Assembly (NCBI GenBank): GCA_012295275.1 | Contig: CM022678.1 | Location: 16,244,001 to 16,308,000, forward strand | Length of the DNA: 64,000 nt | Direction of reading: 5' to 3' | DNA from: Chrysomallon squamiferum | Taxonomy: Eukaryota; Animalia; Mollusca | Part shown: one piece after another, positions 27,031 through 41,500 of the stretch | How positions within the stretch are numbered: position 1 is the first letter of the stretch | Layout of the letters: every line of letters starts with the position of its first letter | Position numbers and translations under genes: made by a program | The notes under the pieces: generated by a model | The model's input: the letters and a program-made list of their open reading frames with translations, nothing else | What the model was told of the DNA's origin: nothing | Databases searched by the model: none

Positions 27031-28526
27031 TTTCTGAGCACTTTGTAATATCAAGCAACAAGCACATCAATAGGGCAGTATCTCATAAAATACATCTTAC
27101 TACACAACTACATGAATATTCATTAAGACTTCGAATATTCATTAACTTTGTCTCAGTATGCTCATTTTCACTGTAAGAACATTCATAACAAGAAACAGAA
27201 AATTATCAACTAAATTATAATAAAGAATTAATTTGAAAATTGAAAGTTTTAAACAAATATTAATAAAACTTCTTTAGTCTTGATTATTTATTAATATTTA
27301 AAAAGACGACAATTTAAAAATGATTGTAAATTAATATTATTTCTTGTTAACTTTCCTTAATATTCATTAGGCAAATTCTTATATAATTAATTAATAATAT
27401 CTAGCCAGTTTAAAATTAAAAACAAAAGGTAGTTTTGTATATTTCTGCTCAGTAATTCAGTTCTTCTAATAACTATGAATGTTCATTTACATCAGTCATA
27501 CACGTTTCCTTTTGTAATCTACATGAACTAAAGTCTCTTAATGTTATCTGGATTTCATGGACACTAAAAAGGTTTATGGTTTTACACAACCCAAAATTTA
27601 TTAATATATTTTTATTAGTTTTTAAGTACAGCAAAAATTAATAAAGTCATTTTTATTTTTACCTGCAGTGAAATCATTTGTGATTTGTTTATTTTATTAT
27701 TATTATTGTTGTTGTTGTTGCTGTTGTTGTTGTTGTAATGTTCCTTTTAGACGTTACATAAAATAATCTAGTTTTTATTTCAAAAATATTAAAATGTTCT
27801 CAAAGCCCTTTTCATATATTCATAAAAGCTATTAATACTTTCTGAACTTGGTGCTCTAGAAGTTCCTATTTTTAATAATTTCTATTGCATATACAGTAAA
27901 AGTTATTAATTTAGCTGCACTAAAAATTCATTATTCTTTTTTATTTATATATGTAAAATTGTTTTAAAGTATAAATCCATATTTTCTTTTATCATTTGTA
28001 TAATTAAAAGTTCTCAGCATAATTTTATTTTATTATAAATGCATTCAAAAAGGTACATCTTCTCATACATTTTTATGCATATATTAGAAGTTCTTAATGC
28101 AGTTTTTATTATTTTATACCTGTTACACTTTATACATACTAAACAATATTTACATCCTGTTTTACCTAAACAAAAAATTTCATATCTTTTCACCAACACA
28201 AAAGGTTCATCATGTCTGTACTGAAAAATACTATACAATACATTCATTCTGCACTGCAGCCAATGACATAAACTAGACATGAAACATATTCTTATAAACA
28301 GCCATCGTCTGAGAGGTCGAATTCAGCTCTTTTTTATACATAACAAATATAAAGATACTGAAGATATCATTTTAGAAAAGTGTTACCCTTCCATCAAAAT
28401 GCAAGACTCTCTTCAAATTATTATTTTCCATTCAGAATTATTTTCCATTTGTTATCATTCTTTCACATAATTTATATTTTCAAGCGTATGACAATCACGA
28501 TTAAATATTAACAAATGTATTTAGAG

Positions 28527-28611
28527 CAGTCTTGGTCTAAGTGCACAAAATCGCCTGGGGATGAGCCATATCTCATATGGCCCGCTTCTTGAAAAGGATT
28601 GCCCATGCCTG
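28527..28611. mobile_element. 85-bp hAT (Buster-type) MITE in the NPC1 promoter
   Basis: Perfect 8-bp TSD ATTTAGAG (28519-28526 and 28612-28619) with central TA; imperfect TIRs CAGTCTTGGTCTA / CAGGCATGGGCAA (reverse complement of the right end). Confidence 0.8.
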
Positions 28612-28903
28612 ATTTAGAGAAACTTAAAATTTGTTTTAATTACCTTGACAACCAACGAATTGTTTCTTTCGCAATACTTAGGGAAACTATATATTTTAGT
28701 AAATATTTCCATTTATTTAATCCAGTTATTATAATTAGATAAAACAGCGGTGTTTAAATGACAAAACGTTCTTATCTGAGATGTCTAACATCGAGTTCGC
28801 TAGATTTTTTTTATTAAGAATCTAGTGTTAAACAACATTCCTTCAGTCCTTTGCTTGGCATGCGTTTCGTTACAAAGTTCATTTCTACTTTTGTAACAAC
28901 TAG

Positions 28904-28913
28904 ATCACCCCAC
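28904..28913 (+). promoter_or_regulatory. Sterol regulatory element SRE-1 (ATCACCCCAC) upstream of NPC1
   Basis: Exact match to the canonical LDLR SRE-1 decamer, ~125 bp upstream of the NPC1 ATG in a CpG-containing promoter-like stretch. Confidence 0.6.
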
Positions 28914-29038
28914 GTTTGAGCTTCCAGTCATGTTTGCCTGAATTCGTGACGCATGCGAATCTCATGAATTGAAAAATAGTTTATCAGTGTTGTTTGTTGC
29001 TGGTTAGCATCGCCTAGCGTTGATTTGAATTCAGTTTA

Positions 29039-29107
29039 ATGACTATGTCTCGCTGGCGATCCAGGATTTCTATTTTTCTCTTGCTTATTTATGGAATAAT
29101 TTCCATG
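29039..29107 (+). CDS. NPC1: NPC1 exon 1 (signal peptide [23 protein letters not shown])
   Basis: ATG, hydrophobic stretch, gtaagt donor in phase 0; alternative ATG at 29045. Confidence 0.8.
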
Positions 29108-32100
29108 GTAAGTCATTTAATGATTTAATGATGTAGGAATTTTTTAATTTTTAATTTAATTTTTCTTTTTAAATGATACGCATTCGTATTTTTTGACATT
29201 TGTTCATATAAATATTCGCCATATATAAAACGAAATAAAAGTTAAACTTAAAGTCACTAAAAAATAAATAAAAAATCATCATTTACGTTTCATATCTGAT
29301 TTATCTCAGTAAAAGAATTCAATGACTCCATTTCCTGCGCTTGGAAACGGAAGAACTCATTGCAGGAAATACGATTACAATTAGTTTATTATGTTTTGTT
29401 ATATCTATTTTTGATACAAACAATTATTTAATTAGATCATTGAATATTTATTAGGTATTCTTTAGACACAAATACAAACACTCATGCATACCCACATCAG
29501 TGAAGAAGTTAAAACAAGCTACTGAAAAATACTAAACAAGTAATATTTAATATTGGAATAATATTAATCTCAAAAGCATTAATAGGTTTTTGATAATAAT
29601 TTACATTAATATAACTTAAATGTTAAAATATTTTAAAGATAAAAATAATAAATTACTCGTTTGAAGAAATTCCTTTTCCACTTCAAAGTACATAACATGG
29701 AATGGAATTCTGTTATCTAGAAATCATTGTTTTATGATAGTCAGTCCACATTCAGGAAAGCTGTTTCATTTAACCCTTTGAACTCTGAGCAGCTTGTTTT
29801 ATCATAACCCCATTCTTGAGCTACATTATATAATCAAATAGCTTTATACATATTCTGTAGTGCGAGTTAAATGTTAATTATTGTCCTATTTATTTAAAAT
29901 TATTTCCAAATTTTTCAAATTTAATAATAGTAATATAGATGAAGTAAATAATAATAATAATATGATAATAATATAAATATTAGTATCATAACATTAATTT
30001 TAAAAACCCTGAAAAATACAAGAATCAGTTTGAATGTCTGATCAATATTCTTCATTAAAGTTTTTCCAAACAGAATTTAGACATTAACACACATAATTTT
30101 AAATATATTTAATTGAGTGAAATAAATTAATACTTAAATACATCTGAAAAAATTATATTCAATAACCCATGTATTTTTTTATTAATTCATTTATTCATTT
30201 ATTTTATTATCATTTAAAAAAAAAAAAAAAAAAAAAATTTATCTTTTTGTTTTTGTTTATAATCTGACAAATTAAGTACTGTTATATTCAAATATGTCAT
30301 AAATTACATTATCAGTACTATTTAAAATATTAGTTCTAATAACCTATGCCTTGAGGAGATTTGATCTTGGTACATTCAGTGCCCTAGGCCTGTACTCTAA
30401 CCATTATAGCCCATAACATTAAACAAGCCTAAACGAAATGCTATTTTTAAAATAAATAACATAAAAAAGAATCTCAAACTTGATATGACTGAGAATTAAG
30501 AATGAAAACCGCTGTAGAAATTAAAAATTGTTATTAAAAATTTACGTTTAATTGTTATATTGTTTCTAAATACTTAAGTTAATTTGTGTTTTTATGATAT
30601 CTTTACAATTTTATACGGTTAGCAAATTTTAAATGATATTTCATTACAACCATATTAAAAGTAATTGGTTCATAACTCCATATTTAACTCTTTTTTTTAA
30701 ACCTCAACACATTTCACTTTAAACAATTTGTGAAATTAATCTTAAACTGACTGGTGTTTAATTATTCTTTTACTTTCTTTTTTATTTTATTTATTTATTT
30801 CTAATATGTAAAATTTTATGTGAAAAAAAAAGTAAATTTAAAACTGAAGACTTTTGTATAATGCATTTCTTTAATCATTCACCAGTTCTAATTAAATGTC
30901 TATTTTTAAAGTATACAAGAAAAATTAAAAACAGAATGGGTTTATATTATAGTTTTTTAATTCACAAATTTCAATTAATTTTCTAAGTAATAGAAGATTA
31001 TCTCAGCCATTTTTATCATTCAGTTCTTTAATCATTCACAAACAGTAATTAAAATAATTTTTATTTTTTTAAAAATATTGTTAATATTGTAAAAAATATA
31101 TTATGACAGAAGACTACACTGAATACAAATGACCATTTTTTTTTTTTTTTTTTTTTTGTAGACCTTATCTCAGAATGAAGAAGATGGTCACTGTATTTGG
31201 TATGACCAGTGTGGTATTGACGATGTGACGGGAAAAGAACTCAATTGTTTGTACAATGGTACAGCAAAACCTCTCACAGATAAGAAAGCACTGGCTGTCT
31301 ACAAATCATTTTGTCCAGACTTGTACAATGCTGCAGGTAAGCTTATAGTGATGAATTATTTTATAAATATTTCAAAAAATATTAATAATAATAAAAGAAT
31401 AACAATTTTTGCATAATGATATAATTTTTAGAGTGCATATGAGAGAGAGAGCGAGTGAGAAAGAATGTGTATCTTATGATACATATGATCTCAAGTAATT
31501 TTAAAGCTTGTCTTTCAATAATAATTTACTATATTATTTTAAAATATTTATGACAAGAGGTTAAAGTTACATTTGGCTGCAATCCTTTTTAATCAATGTG
31601 CAGATACTGTTACAAAAATGTGATCACATTATATTCAGTTTGTAGCCGTTATTTAACATAACATACATAAAATCAGATCTGCAGTAAGTTTTCTGTGTTT
31701 AAAAATGTATTTCTATTTTCCTTTTGTTGTCAGGTGGGAAGCAGGTAAAAACATGTTGTTCTCCAAAGCAGCTGTACACGCTAGAATCTGGTATGGGCGT
31801 TCCCAGGCAATTTTTCTCACGATGCCCAACATGTCTTCACAACTTTCTCAACCTGTATTGCTACTTCACGTGTGCTCCTTTTCACAGTTCGTTCATGTAT
31901 GTGCAGCATACCGTTCCTGGAACAAAACCAGGAACCATTGCGATCAAAAGTGTAAACATGTCGGTGTCTGAAGATTTCGGTGTCGGAATGTTTAATTCGT
32001 GCAAAAACGTACAAATGCCGAGTGCAAACGAACGAGCTATTGGTGCCTTGTGTGGGAAGTCGGCAGCACAGTGCACACCACAGAACTGGCTCGACTACAT

Positions 32101-35100
32101 GGGCGGAACGTCAAACGGACAGACCCCATTCCAGATCAACTTCAACATCACTAATGAAACCCTGCATTACCCTAATGCCACTCTGGTGCCGATGAATGCC
32201 ACAGTAATTCCGTGTTGGAAACCTCTCACCAACAGATCCTACCCCTGCAGCTGCCAGGACTGTCCAGCCACATGTTCTCCAAATATTCCACCCCCACCCC
32301 CACTTCCTCCATTCAAGATTCTCCACTTTGATGGGTTTGCTTTTATTTCTGGAAGTGTCTTCTTTGTGTTTCTGCTTTTCTTCGGAATCTACTGCATCTG
32401 CTACAATATCATTGTACAGGACTCGCTGTCTCTTGACCACATCGATGACGAGGACTCAGAAGGTTTCAGTATATATAGAATTGACAAAATGGGTCGGAAG
32501 CGCAGACGCAAGAATTCATTTTCACAACTGACCTACGGTCAGTTAGGCTGCATGGAGAAGTTTGGAGCCAAAATGGACAGACTGTTTGAGAAATACTTCA
32601 CAAAGTGGGGTATTATGTGTGCCAGGTACCCAAAGACTGTGCTAGCCTTGGGATTTCTTTTTGTCGTCATCTTTTCTTTTGGCTTGTTCAATTTCAAAGT
32701 AATCACAGATCCAGTCAAATTGTGGTCCGCTCCAGGAAGCAAGGCTCGTGAAGAGAAAAATTATTTTGATACCCATTTTGCGTAAGTGAAGAGAAAATTA
32801 TTTTGATACCCATTTTGTGTAAGTGAAGAGAAAATTATTTTGATACCCATTTTGCGTAAGTGAAGAGAAAAATTATTTTGATACCCATTTTGCACAAGTA
32901 AAGAGAAAAATTATTTTGATACTCATTTTGCGTAAGTGATTTGATTAATTTCAGTTTATCTGGGTGTAGAATTTTGCATCTATTGAATTGTCTGAAAAAT
33001 GTTTTCCAAATCTTTTTTTCTATTCCTTCTGCTTTTTAATTAAATCACAAGCTGGAAGTAGAGGTTTAAACATCATTTAGGCCTGTATGTGTGTATGTGT
33101 GTGTGAATATATATTCAGGATATTTTGGTTAAATTTTAATTTATTTTTATTATAATTATTTTTAAAAAAAAATTCAGGTTCATTTTCTGCACATTTCAGG
33201 GCAATTTTATATTTTATTGATTTATTGTAAAATCAGTTTTATGGATTGTGGTCAATTTCTTGAATTTCAGTCCATTTTATCGAACTGAGCAGCTGATAAT
33301 CACACGGACGGGAAACAATTCGAAAGTGGCTCATCAGACAGGTTCAGCTGTAACACCTACCTACTTCAGTTCAATCTTTGACAAAGACTTTTTACATCAG
33401 GTATACCATAAAACTAACTTTGTAACAGATCACACAAATTTTCTTCATAACTCGTGATTGCTGTATAGAATTTATCAAATCATAGGTTAAGGATGGCAGA
33501 GACAGAGATTACATGAAAATTTACATGGATACAAAAAACACAAGTACCAGTTTTTTCATGCTTCCCATTCTTTTGATGTAATTTTGGAGGCCAGCTGGCT
33601 TCTGGTCCTTTGTGTGTCATGAGTATGTTGTACATACATACTCATATTCAGCACATGTGGGCCTACATTTAGGTATGATTAATGTCACTAAAGAACCCAC
33701 TGTAATTCAGTAGTCTGTGGTAGACAAAAAGCTCTGGACTTAATAATCATTGAGTTTCATCCACTTTAAAATTTTAGGTAACATGTACATGTATGTAAAG
33801 TTTTAAAATAACTAAATTTAAAATTAGACAACTTTTCAATCATCCATGATAGCATTAAAATAAAATAAATAATATTATTAATAAAATTAATATAAAATTT
33901 AAAATGATAAAAGTTAAAATATAAAATTTAAAATTAAAAAGGAAAATAAATTATAGGGTATTAAAAACTAGAAATCTCCCAAACTGCACTTTAGTAAAAG
34001 ATGTTATGAACACATTCCTGTCTAGTATTCATGAATCATTTTTATTTTAGTATTAATTACAGTAATTTTGTAATTCTCAGGTTCTTGACCTCCAGAATGA
34101 AATAAGTTCCCTAACTGCGGAGTATAATGGTCAAATTGTGGCCCTTGAAGATATTTGCTTTTTGCCTCTGGCACCTGAACACCAAATCTGTGCAGTGACC
34201 TCAGTGTTACAGTACTACCAAAACAGCCACAAGAATCTGGACCTGGAAGTAAAGGACGAATATGGTTTCTTGGTTTTGGCCGATTATCTCGACCACTTTC
34301 AATATTGTGTAAGGTATGGTAAAACTGTTTTAAATATCATTAATAACAAAAAAAAAATTTTAAAACTTACTTTAATAATGTTGAGGATTTGGACCGACAG
34401 TCTCGCATGTCTTGTTCATTATCTTAATTTTATTATAATTGGTTGACCTCCAAGTCCTGATGTATCTGCCAAATGAGTCTTATCATCTTTTTATTACTGC
34501 CACATCTGCCACATCCTGCTTTGTTTATTCATCTCTTCATGCAGTGATTCTGCAGAAATTTGATTTAGACTAAGTTACCCAAAACTAACTGACTCTGTGC
34601 ATATGTTTGGTTTACAGACCCGATAAGACATCATGTCAAATCAGATAAATCAAAACGCACTGTTAGGAATGCAAATGGAGCAAGCTTAATATTTATCAAT
34701 AACATACAACTTTGAACTCTCAGATTGAGACCGATGATCTTACAGGAGTGTCATGGGTTTTAGTCAGATCAGATTTTAATGCTGGGTGGAGGTGTTGAAG
34801 GGAGCATTGCAAGGCAGGGCATCGCCACACATGTCATCTGTTTACAGTGAAAATAAAAGCATTTGCTGCTGGTGCTATTTGTTATTTCACATATAATTAG
34901 ATACAGGTCTGTGTGTGTGTTGATATATAGATGGATAGACTGACATATAGATAAATAAATATATATGTATGTATAAATGTATTTATATTTATGTATGTAT
35001 AAATGTGTGAGTGTGTGTGTGTGTGTAAATTTATTTTTTTTTTTTTTTCTGTTGCCAGGGCACCTGCCTCTATTAATGACACAACAAAACTGCACACATC

Positions 35101-37743
35101 TTGTCTGTCTGACTGGGGTGGGCCAGCTTTCCCATGGGTTGTTCTAGGAGGCTATAATGGTAAGCTGTAATGGCTTTCTTTATTAAAATGTTCAGTCAAG
35201 TTATTAATAATACATGCACCTTTTAATAAGATAAAGTTAAAATCTAAAATGCATATTTAAAACAAAAAGCTCGGAGGACAAATTTATGAATCCTGTTTTG
35301 ATATTACCTGCTAGTAGCTGGTTTTATATTAATAAGAACATGGTTTATATAAGTTGGCCTATATTAATTACTTTGATAATTAACTTCATTCATGTTTGCT
35401 ACCTAAGATTAAGCATTACAGAAATATTTTCAAAAATAAAAATAACATTCATTGGAATAGATCAGAATAAACAGTATGTCAAATGGAGGAAAAAATAAGC
35501 AACCAATTCAAATGAAACATATGTAGATATCTTTCCCTCACTTCCATCTGAAATTAAAACTTGAATATTTACAGGTGAAAACTACAAGAATGCAACAGCA
35601 CTGGTGATAACCTACCTTGTTGACAACAGCATTGACTTCAACAACAACTCCAGGGCCAAAGCTTGGGAGGCAGCGTTTCTTAAATTCATTGAGAACTACG
35701 ACAACCCAAATATGAGCATTGCATATTCTTCTGAGGTAAATAAATATATGAATGTTTTGTCTTTATCTGTCTCAGTCCTAATTTGAAGACAGTCGTTTTG
35801 TCAACAGCAAGATTAACTTTTGTTACTTCTGTTCAAGCAGTTCAAATGAAATTGTAACAGTGTAGGTGTTAAACTAGACAGGTACAAGTTGTTTGGTTAA
35901 TGCAGTAACCTTTTGCTATTTAAAATCTGCATATTAGATCAATAGACACAAAAAATTCATTTTAAGAAATAATGTTTTTTTTTTGTTTTTTTCTTGGAAC
36001 TATAGAAAAGGCTACGCTAATAATAATAATATAAAATAGCAAATCAACATAACAAGCACTACCATTTCTCCTTTTAATCAGCCTGTGATAGAAATTGTTT
36101 AAAAAAAGAAGAAAAAAAAGATATTTTCTTTATGTGTGCTATTTATATAATTTGTTAATGATGCACTACTGTATGCACTAACTTCTGATGTATCAGTATG
36201 AATTGAACTCGTGTTTGTATGAGTTTGAAAATGTTATTTTTTCAGAGATCAATAGAAGATGAAATAGAGAGAGAGAGTAATGGTGATGTTGTCACTATTT
36301 TAATCAGTTACCTCATCATGTTTGCCTACATCACCTTCACACTGGGTCAGATAAAAAGCTGTCAACGGATTCTGGTATGAAACCATTCCTATTTAATTCA
36401 TTTACCTTTGTATAAGACAGATTAATTTTTACTCTTTTCACAGTTATAACTTTGGATATAAAGATTTAGCAACCTGATGTTAAAATCTACATATAAGGCA
36501 TACGTAATTTTATACATGCATAGCATTCAAAAAACATAAATTGTTGAGTTGATCGAAAGTAAAAGCAACATTACTGTTGAGAAAGGATCTAAGGAATAAA
36601 AAACAAATTAATTAAAATATGGTTTCTTAACAGTTTTTGATGCTTTGTTTTCTTGTATTTATTTCAAAAAATAAATTGCTGAATTAGCTGATGATAAAGG
36701 AAGTAATAAATAAGAATCTTACAATTAAAAAAATAAAATTAATAAAAAAAAAATGTTTCTGAACAATTCATTGCTTTCTAATATTTGATTGCGGATATAT
36801 ATATATATAAAAAAAAAAAAAGTATGACAATATTGAATAAGGATCCAAGGATTAACAAAAAGTCACTTAATTAAAAAACAGTTTCTGAACAGTAACAGTT
36901 GCTTCTTATTTGCTTGCTTGTGTCATTTCTTCTTTTTCATTTTCTTTTTTTTATTGAAATTTGATATTTTGTTTTTGTTTTGCAGATTGACTCAAAGATC
37001 ACTCTGGGTTTAGCTGGTGTTGTTATCGTTTTGTGTTCCGTGTCATCATCTCTTGGCTTCTTCAGCTACATTGGGCAGCCTGCTACACTGATCATAGTTG
37101 AAGTCGTTCCATTTCTAGTGCTGGCTGTTGGAGTGGACAACATTTTTATTCTTGTACAAGCTTATCAGGTTAGTACATTAATGAATCGATAAATGAGTGA
37201 GTGAATAAAAGACATGGTGTTTCATTTGTTTGTCACTTTATGTCAGAGAATGATAAATAGAAATGATCAAATTTCCGATACTTGACATTAAAACATTAAA
37301 ACTTGGAAATGGAGTTCAAAGAACTGATGTTACCATAATGCCTGCCAGTAAAAAATTTGTCTTTCAGAGGGACAAGAGATATTCTACAGAAGAAATAGAA
37401 CACCAGATTGGCAGAATTGTTGGAAAAGTTGGCCCCAGTATGCTGCTCACAAGTTGTTCAGAGTCTCTGGCTTTTTTCATAGGTAAAAACCTCACCATTG
37501 TATACAAAGACTGTAGATAAAAAAAAAATAAAGTATTAATCTCTTCATCAAAAATTTGTTTAAATACAATTGTAAATGTGATTTTTTATGCTTTTAATTA
37601 TAATTGGTAGCTAAGCAAAAGTAGGAAAAATTATATTGTAATAGTGTCTATCCTCTTCTTACCTTTCACAATGAAATAGTGTCAATTACACAGAAATCTT
37701 TTGTTATTTTAGTTATGAAAATTTTACAGCTAGTATTAAAAAC

Positions 37744-37775
<32 letters not shown>

Positions 37776-38123
37776 TTTTTGTGTTTTTGGGGTATTCTTA
37801 AACAAAAATAATTATATAAAATTAACTTTTTTCTTTTATTTCTTTTTCCATTTCTTTTTTAATTCTTTTTTTTTTATTGATTGATTTTGTATTTCTTTAT
37901 TTGTTTCTTGTTTTGTTTGTTTATCTGTTTTATTTATTTATATGTTTACTTGTTTATTTATAGGTGCCATGACTGATATGCCGGCAGTGAAGATTTTCAC
38001 TCTGTATGCTGCTATGGCTGTTTTGTTTGACTTCCTGTTTCAGATTTCCTGTTTTGTTTCTTTACTGACACTTGATGCCAAGAGACAGGAGGTCAGTGAT
38101 AAACACAGTCTTAAGTGTATAGT

Positions 38124-38203
<80 letters not shown>

Positions 38204-38583
38204 ATTAATATCATTATTGTTGTTGTTGTTATTATTATTATCATCATTATCTTGAAATTATCTTACAACCAAGATATGAATGGCTATCTCATGACAAAAA
38301 CATAATAATAGAAGAAGTAGATGATAAATGATAATTGTGACCATTATAGCATTGCTAACATTATTATGTTAAATTATTATTATTATCATCATTATCTTGA
38401 AATTATCTTACAACCAAGATATGAATGACTATTATCATCATTATCTTGAAATTATCTAAACACAAAAATATGAATGGCTATCTCATGACAAAAACATAAT
38501 AATAGAAGAAGTAGATGATAAATGATAATTGTGACCATTATAGCATTGCTAACATTATCAGTATGTTAAATCAAAGTATAAAT

Positions 38584-38655
<72 letters not shown>

Positions 38656-41463
38656 ATTCACTCCTTGCTTTTTTCCCTGATTTTCTGTTTTTGTTCTCTC
38701 ATCCTTTCAATCTCTCTCACACCTTCACACCAGACAGGCACATACATACATCCACTCACATGAATATACAGGCAAATCAAATACTTTGTTTGTTCATATG
38801 TATATTTATGAATCATTGTAATCTTGTGAATGTGAGTGTATTTGTCTATAATGCATAATAACACTAATATTTATTATTTTTCAGAAAAATCGCATGGACT
38901 GTTGTTGCTGTATAAAGCAGACAGTGAAAGAAGAGGAAGGAGAGAGTGAAGGATTTCTCTACACATTCATTAACAAATACTACTCTCACTTCCTGATGAA
39001 AGAATGGGTTCGACCCATAGTGGTTAGTATAAATTTAACTGGTTCATATCAAGAATATTTATAATGTATGATACGAACCTTGTTGTACGAGTTTAATCAT
39101 TAAATTTCTGAGTATTAACGAGTCTTGTGGCTTGCTGTTGTTATTTTTCTTTTAATATTAGCTCTTTTTTTTTCACTGATGAAGAAAATGCTTTATTTGA
39201 ATTATTACAGGGTTTGTTGAAAATGTTTCTCATACATTTATGTCAGATTTTATTCATTGTTTGATTCACAGGTAGAATGTTTGACACAATATTGTTTTAG
39301 GTGTCTTGTGTTTGTGTGTAAACTCATATATTTTTTTATGTTATTTAATTGATATTATTATAATAAATATAAATAATACTCAGTAATAAATATGGTGTAC
39401 GTTTCAGATGGTTATATTTACTGCTTGGTGTTGTGTTAGCATCACTCTGGCATCAAAAATAGAAATTGGACTTGATCAGAAACTCTCCATGCCACAAGTA
39501 AGTCATTTAGTTTTAATTTTCCAAGACATTTACTTTAATTACACTGTGGATCCAGTAATGTTCATAACTTCAGAAATTCTAGAATTGGGGGATGGTGGGG
39601 TTTAAAAGCATTAGAGATAGAATGGCTGATTCTCACTGACGTGAATTATGAGGTGTGATGAACTCTGGTATATCAAAGACCATAATATATATCCATTCCT
39701 GTGTGTATGAGTGTGAATATAAAAGTACTAATATTTAGTTCCAGATGAAATAATCAAAAAAAGAAAAAAGGAACAAGGTCAAAAAATTATATTTACTGTC
39801 AGGATAAGTAATTACTTTGAACCAGATATCCACACTTTCTGTTACAAAAAAATAATAATAATAATAATTTAATAACAATATTATTCTGTTTCTTCCTTTT
39901 TTTGGTGTTTAAAATATGTTATAAAACTAATTTAGTTTATTGTATGATTTAACGATCTTTGATTAGTCTAATAGAAATCCTTTATACCTACAAATTTTTA
40001 TTATTTCTTTTTTTCAGTGATAAAGTGATACTACCAAATAGATTTGAGCACTGTCATTTTGCCTTCACAACTAGTGTTATGTTAATTAATACATGATGGA
40101 CTATTTCTTAACTTGTTTTTCTGACGACCCAAAGTTTAGTGAAGATTTGTACATAATAATGGAATGGATTTCATGAGACTGTTTGGGTTGTTTTTTTTGC
40201 AGGATTCCTACATGATCAACTATTTTAATAATCTCTCTGAGTACCTGTCTGTTGGTCCCCCAGTCTATTTTGTTGTGAAGGATGGACACAACTACACAAG
40301 CAACGATGGGCAGAATCAGATCTGTGGTAGCAATGGCTGCGATGAAATGTCTTTGCTCGGTCAAGTGTTCAAGGCGTCTCAAATCCCTAACTAGTCAGTT
40401 TTTACCTTTTAGAATTATTGCAGTTCAAGATCACATTAATGTAAAATAAGTTTCTTTTCTTAATGGGTAATAGTGTCTGTTTATTTTCTCTTTGATATAC
40501 GCATCTCTTGTTGTTAAACTATCAGATTAATCCAATTTGTTTTTTTGTTTATTTATTTTGATTTTAAAAAGAAAAAAAGTGAATTATAACTTTTATCGTT
40601 TCTCATTTTAGTTTTGTATAATATATTTATAACCAAAACGCCTGAAGGTGCATAAATCATTTCATAAAGAAGTAGAATTTTGTTTCCCTTTTGTTTTAGG
40701 AACCTTAACATTCTCATTGCATGTAATGATTGAAAAATATTATCATCATATTACTAAATTATCAGATTTTTTTTATGGTTAAAAATCTTTGTATATAAAT
40801 TTTTTTAAATTATTTAATTATTTTAATTTTTGAATTTAAATATAAATTATAAATTTAAAAATTATAAATTATAAATTAAATGTGAACAGCACTCATATTG
40901 CTCATCCTGCATCTTCGTGGCTTGATGATTACTTCAACTGGATGGATCCTGAGGGAAATCCACCCTGTTGCCGTAGAAACAATGAAACAGACGGATTTTG
41001 TAAAGCAACAAGTAAGTGACGATACCTATAAGACATATTAATAATATTTAATTCTAATTTCGTTTACTGGTGAAAAATTGTTATTCATTAAAAATAATAA
41101 CAATGATAACGTACAAGAAAAATGTTAAAAAAAGTAACATAAATAACAACAGTAATATAGTAATAATAACAAGAAAAATCATAATGATAATAGCAATATG
41201 TTTATAACAGTAACAACAATAACATAGTGATAATTATATTACTGAAAAATTATTATAGTAATATTAAGAATAATGATAATAGTAACAATAACAATATTTA
41301 TTACAATAACAATAATATAGTAATAACAAAAATATAAATGATAACAGTAACAATAATAATATACCACTACTAACAGTAGATGCATAACAGTGACCATAGC
41401 ATTAGTAATAACAATCAAAGTAACAACAATAACAGCAAAATTAACAATAAGAGTTATAGCAGC

Positions 41464-41500
<37 letters not shown>

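Noticed and set aside
27650-28650. Isolated minus-strand donor-like sites suggesting a transcript divergent from NPC1
   Set aside because: Could not assemble a coherent exon chain or ORF; such sites are expected by chance.
30340-30415. tRNA-like sequence on the minus strand (A-box and B-box-like motifs)
   Set aside because: No convincing cloverleaf; at best a decayed tRNA-derived SINE head.
32750-32939. 37-38 bp repeats of CRISPR-like length
   Set aside because: Units are contiguous with no spacers, derive from the NPC1 exon end, and the context is eukaryotic with no cas genes.
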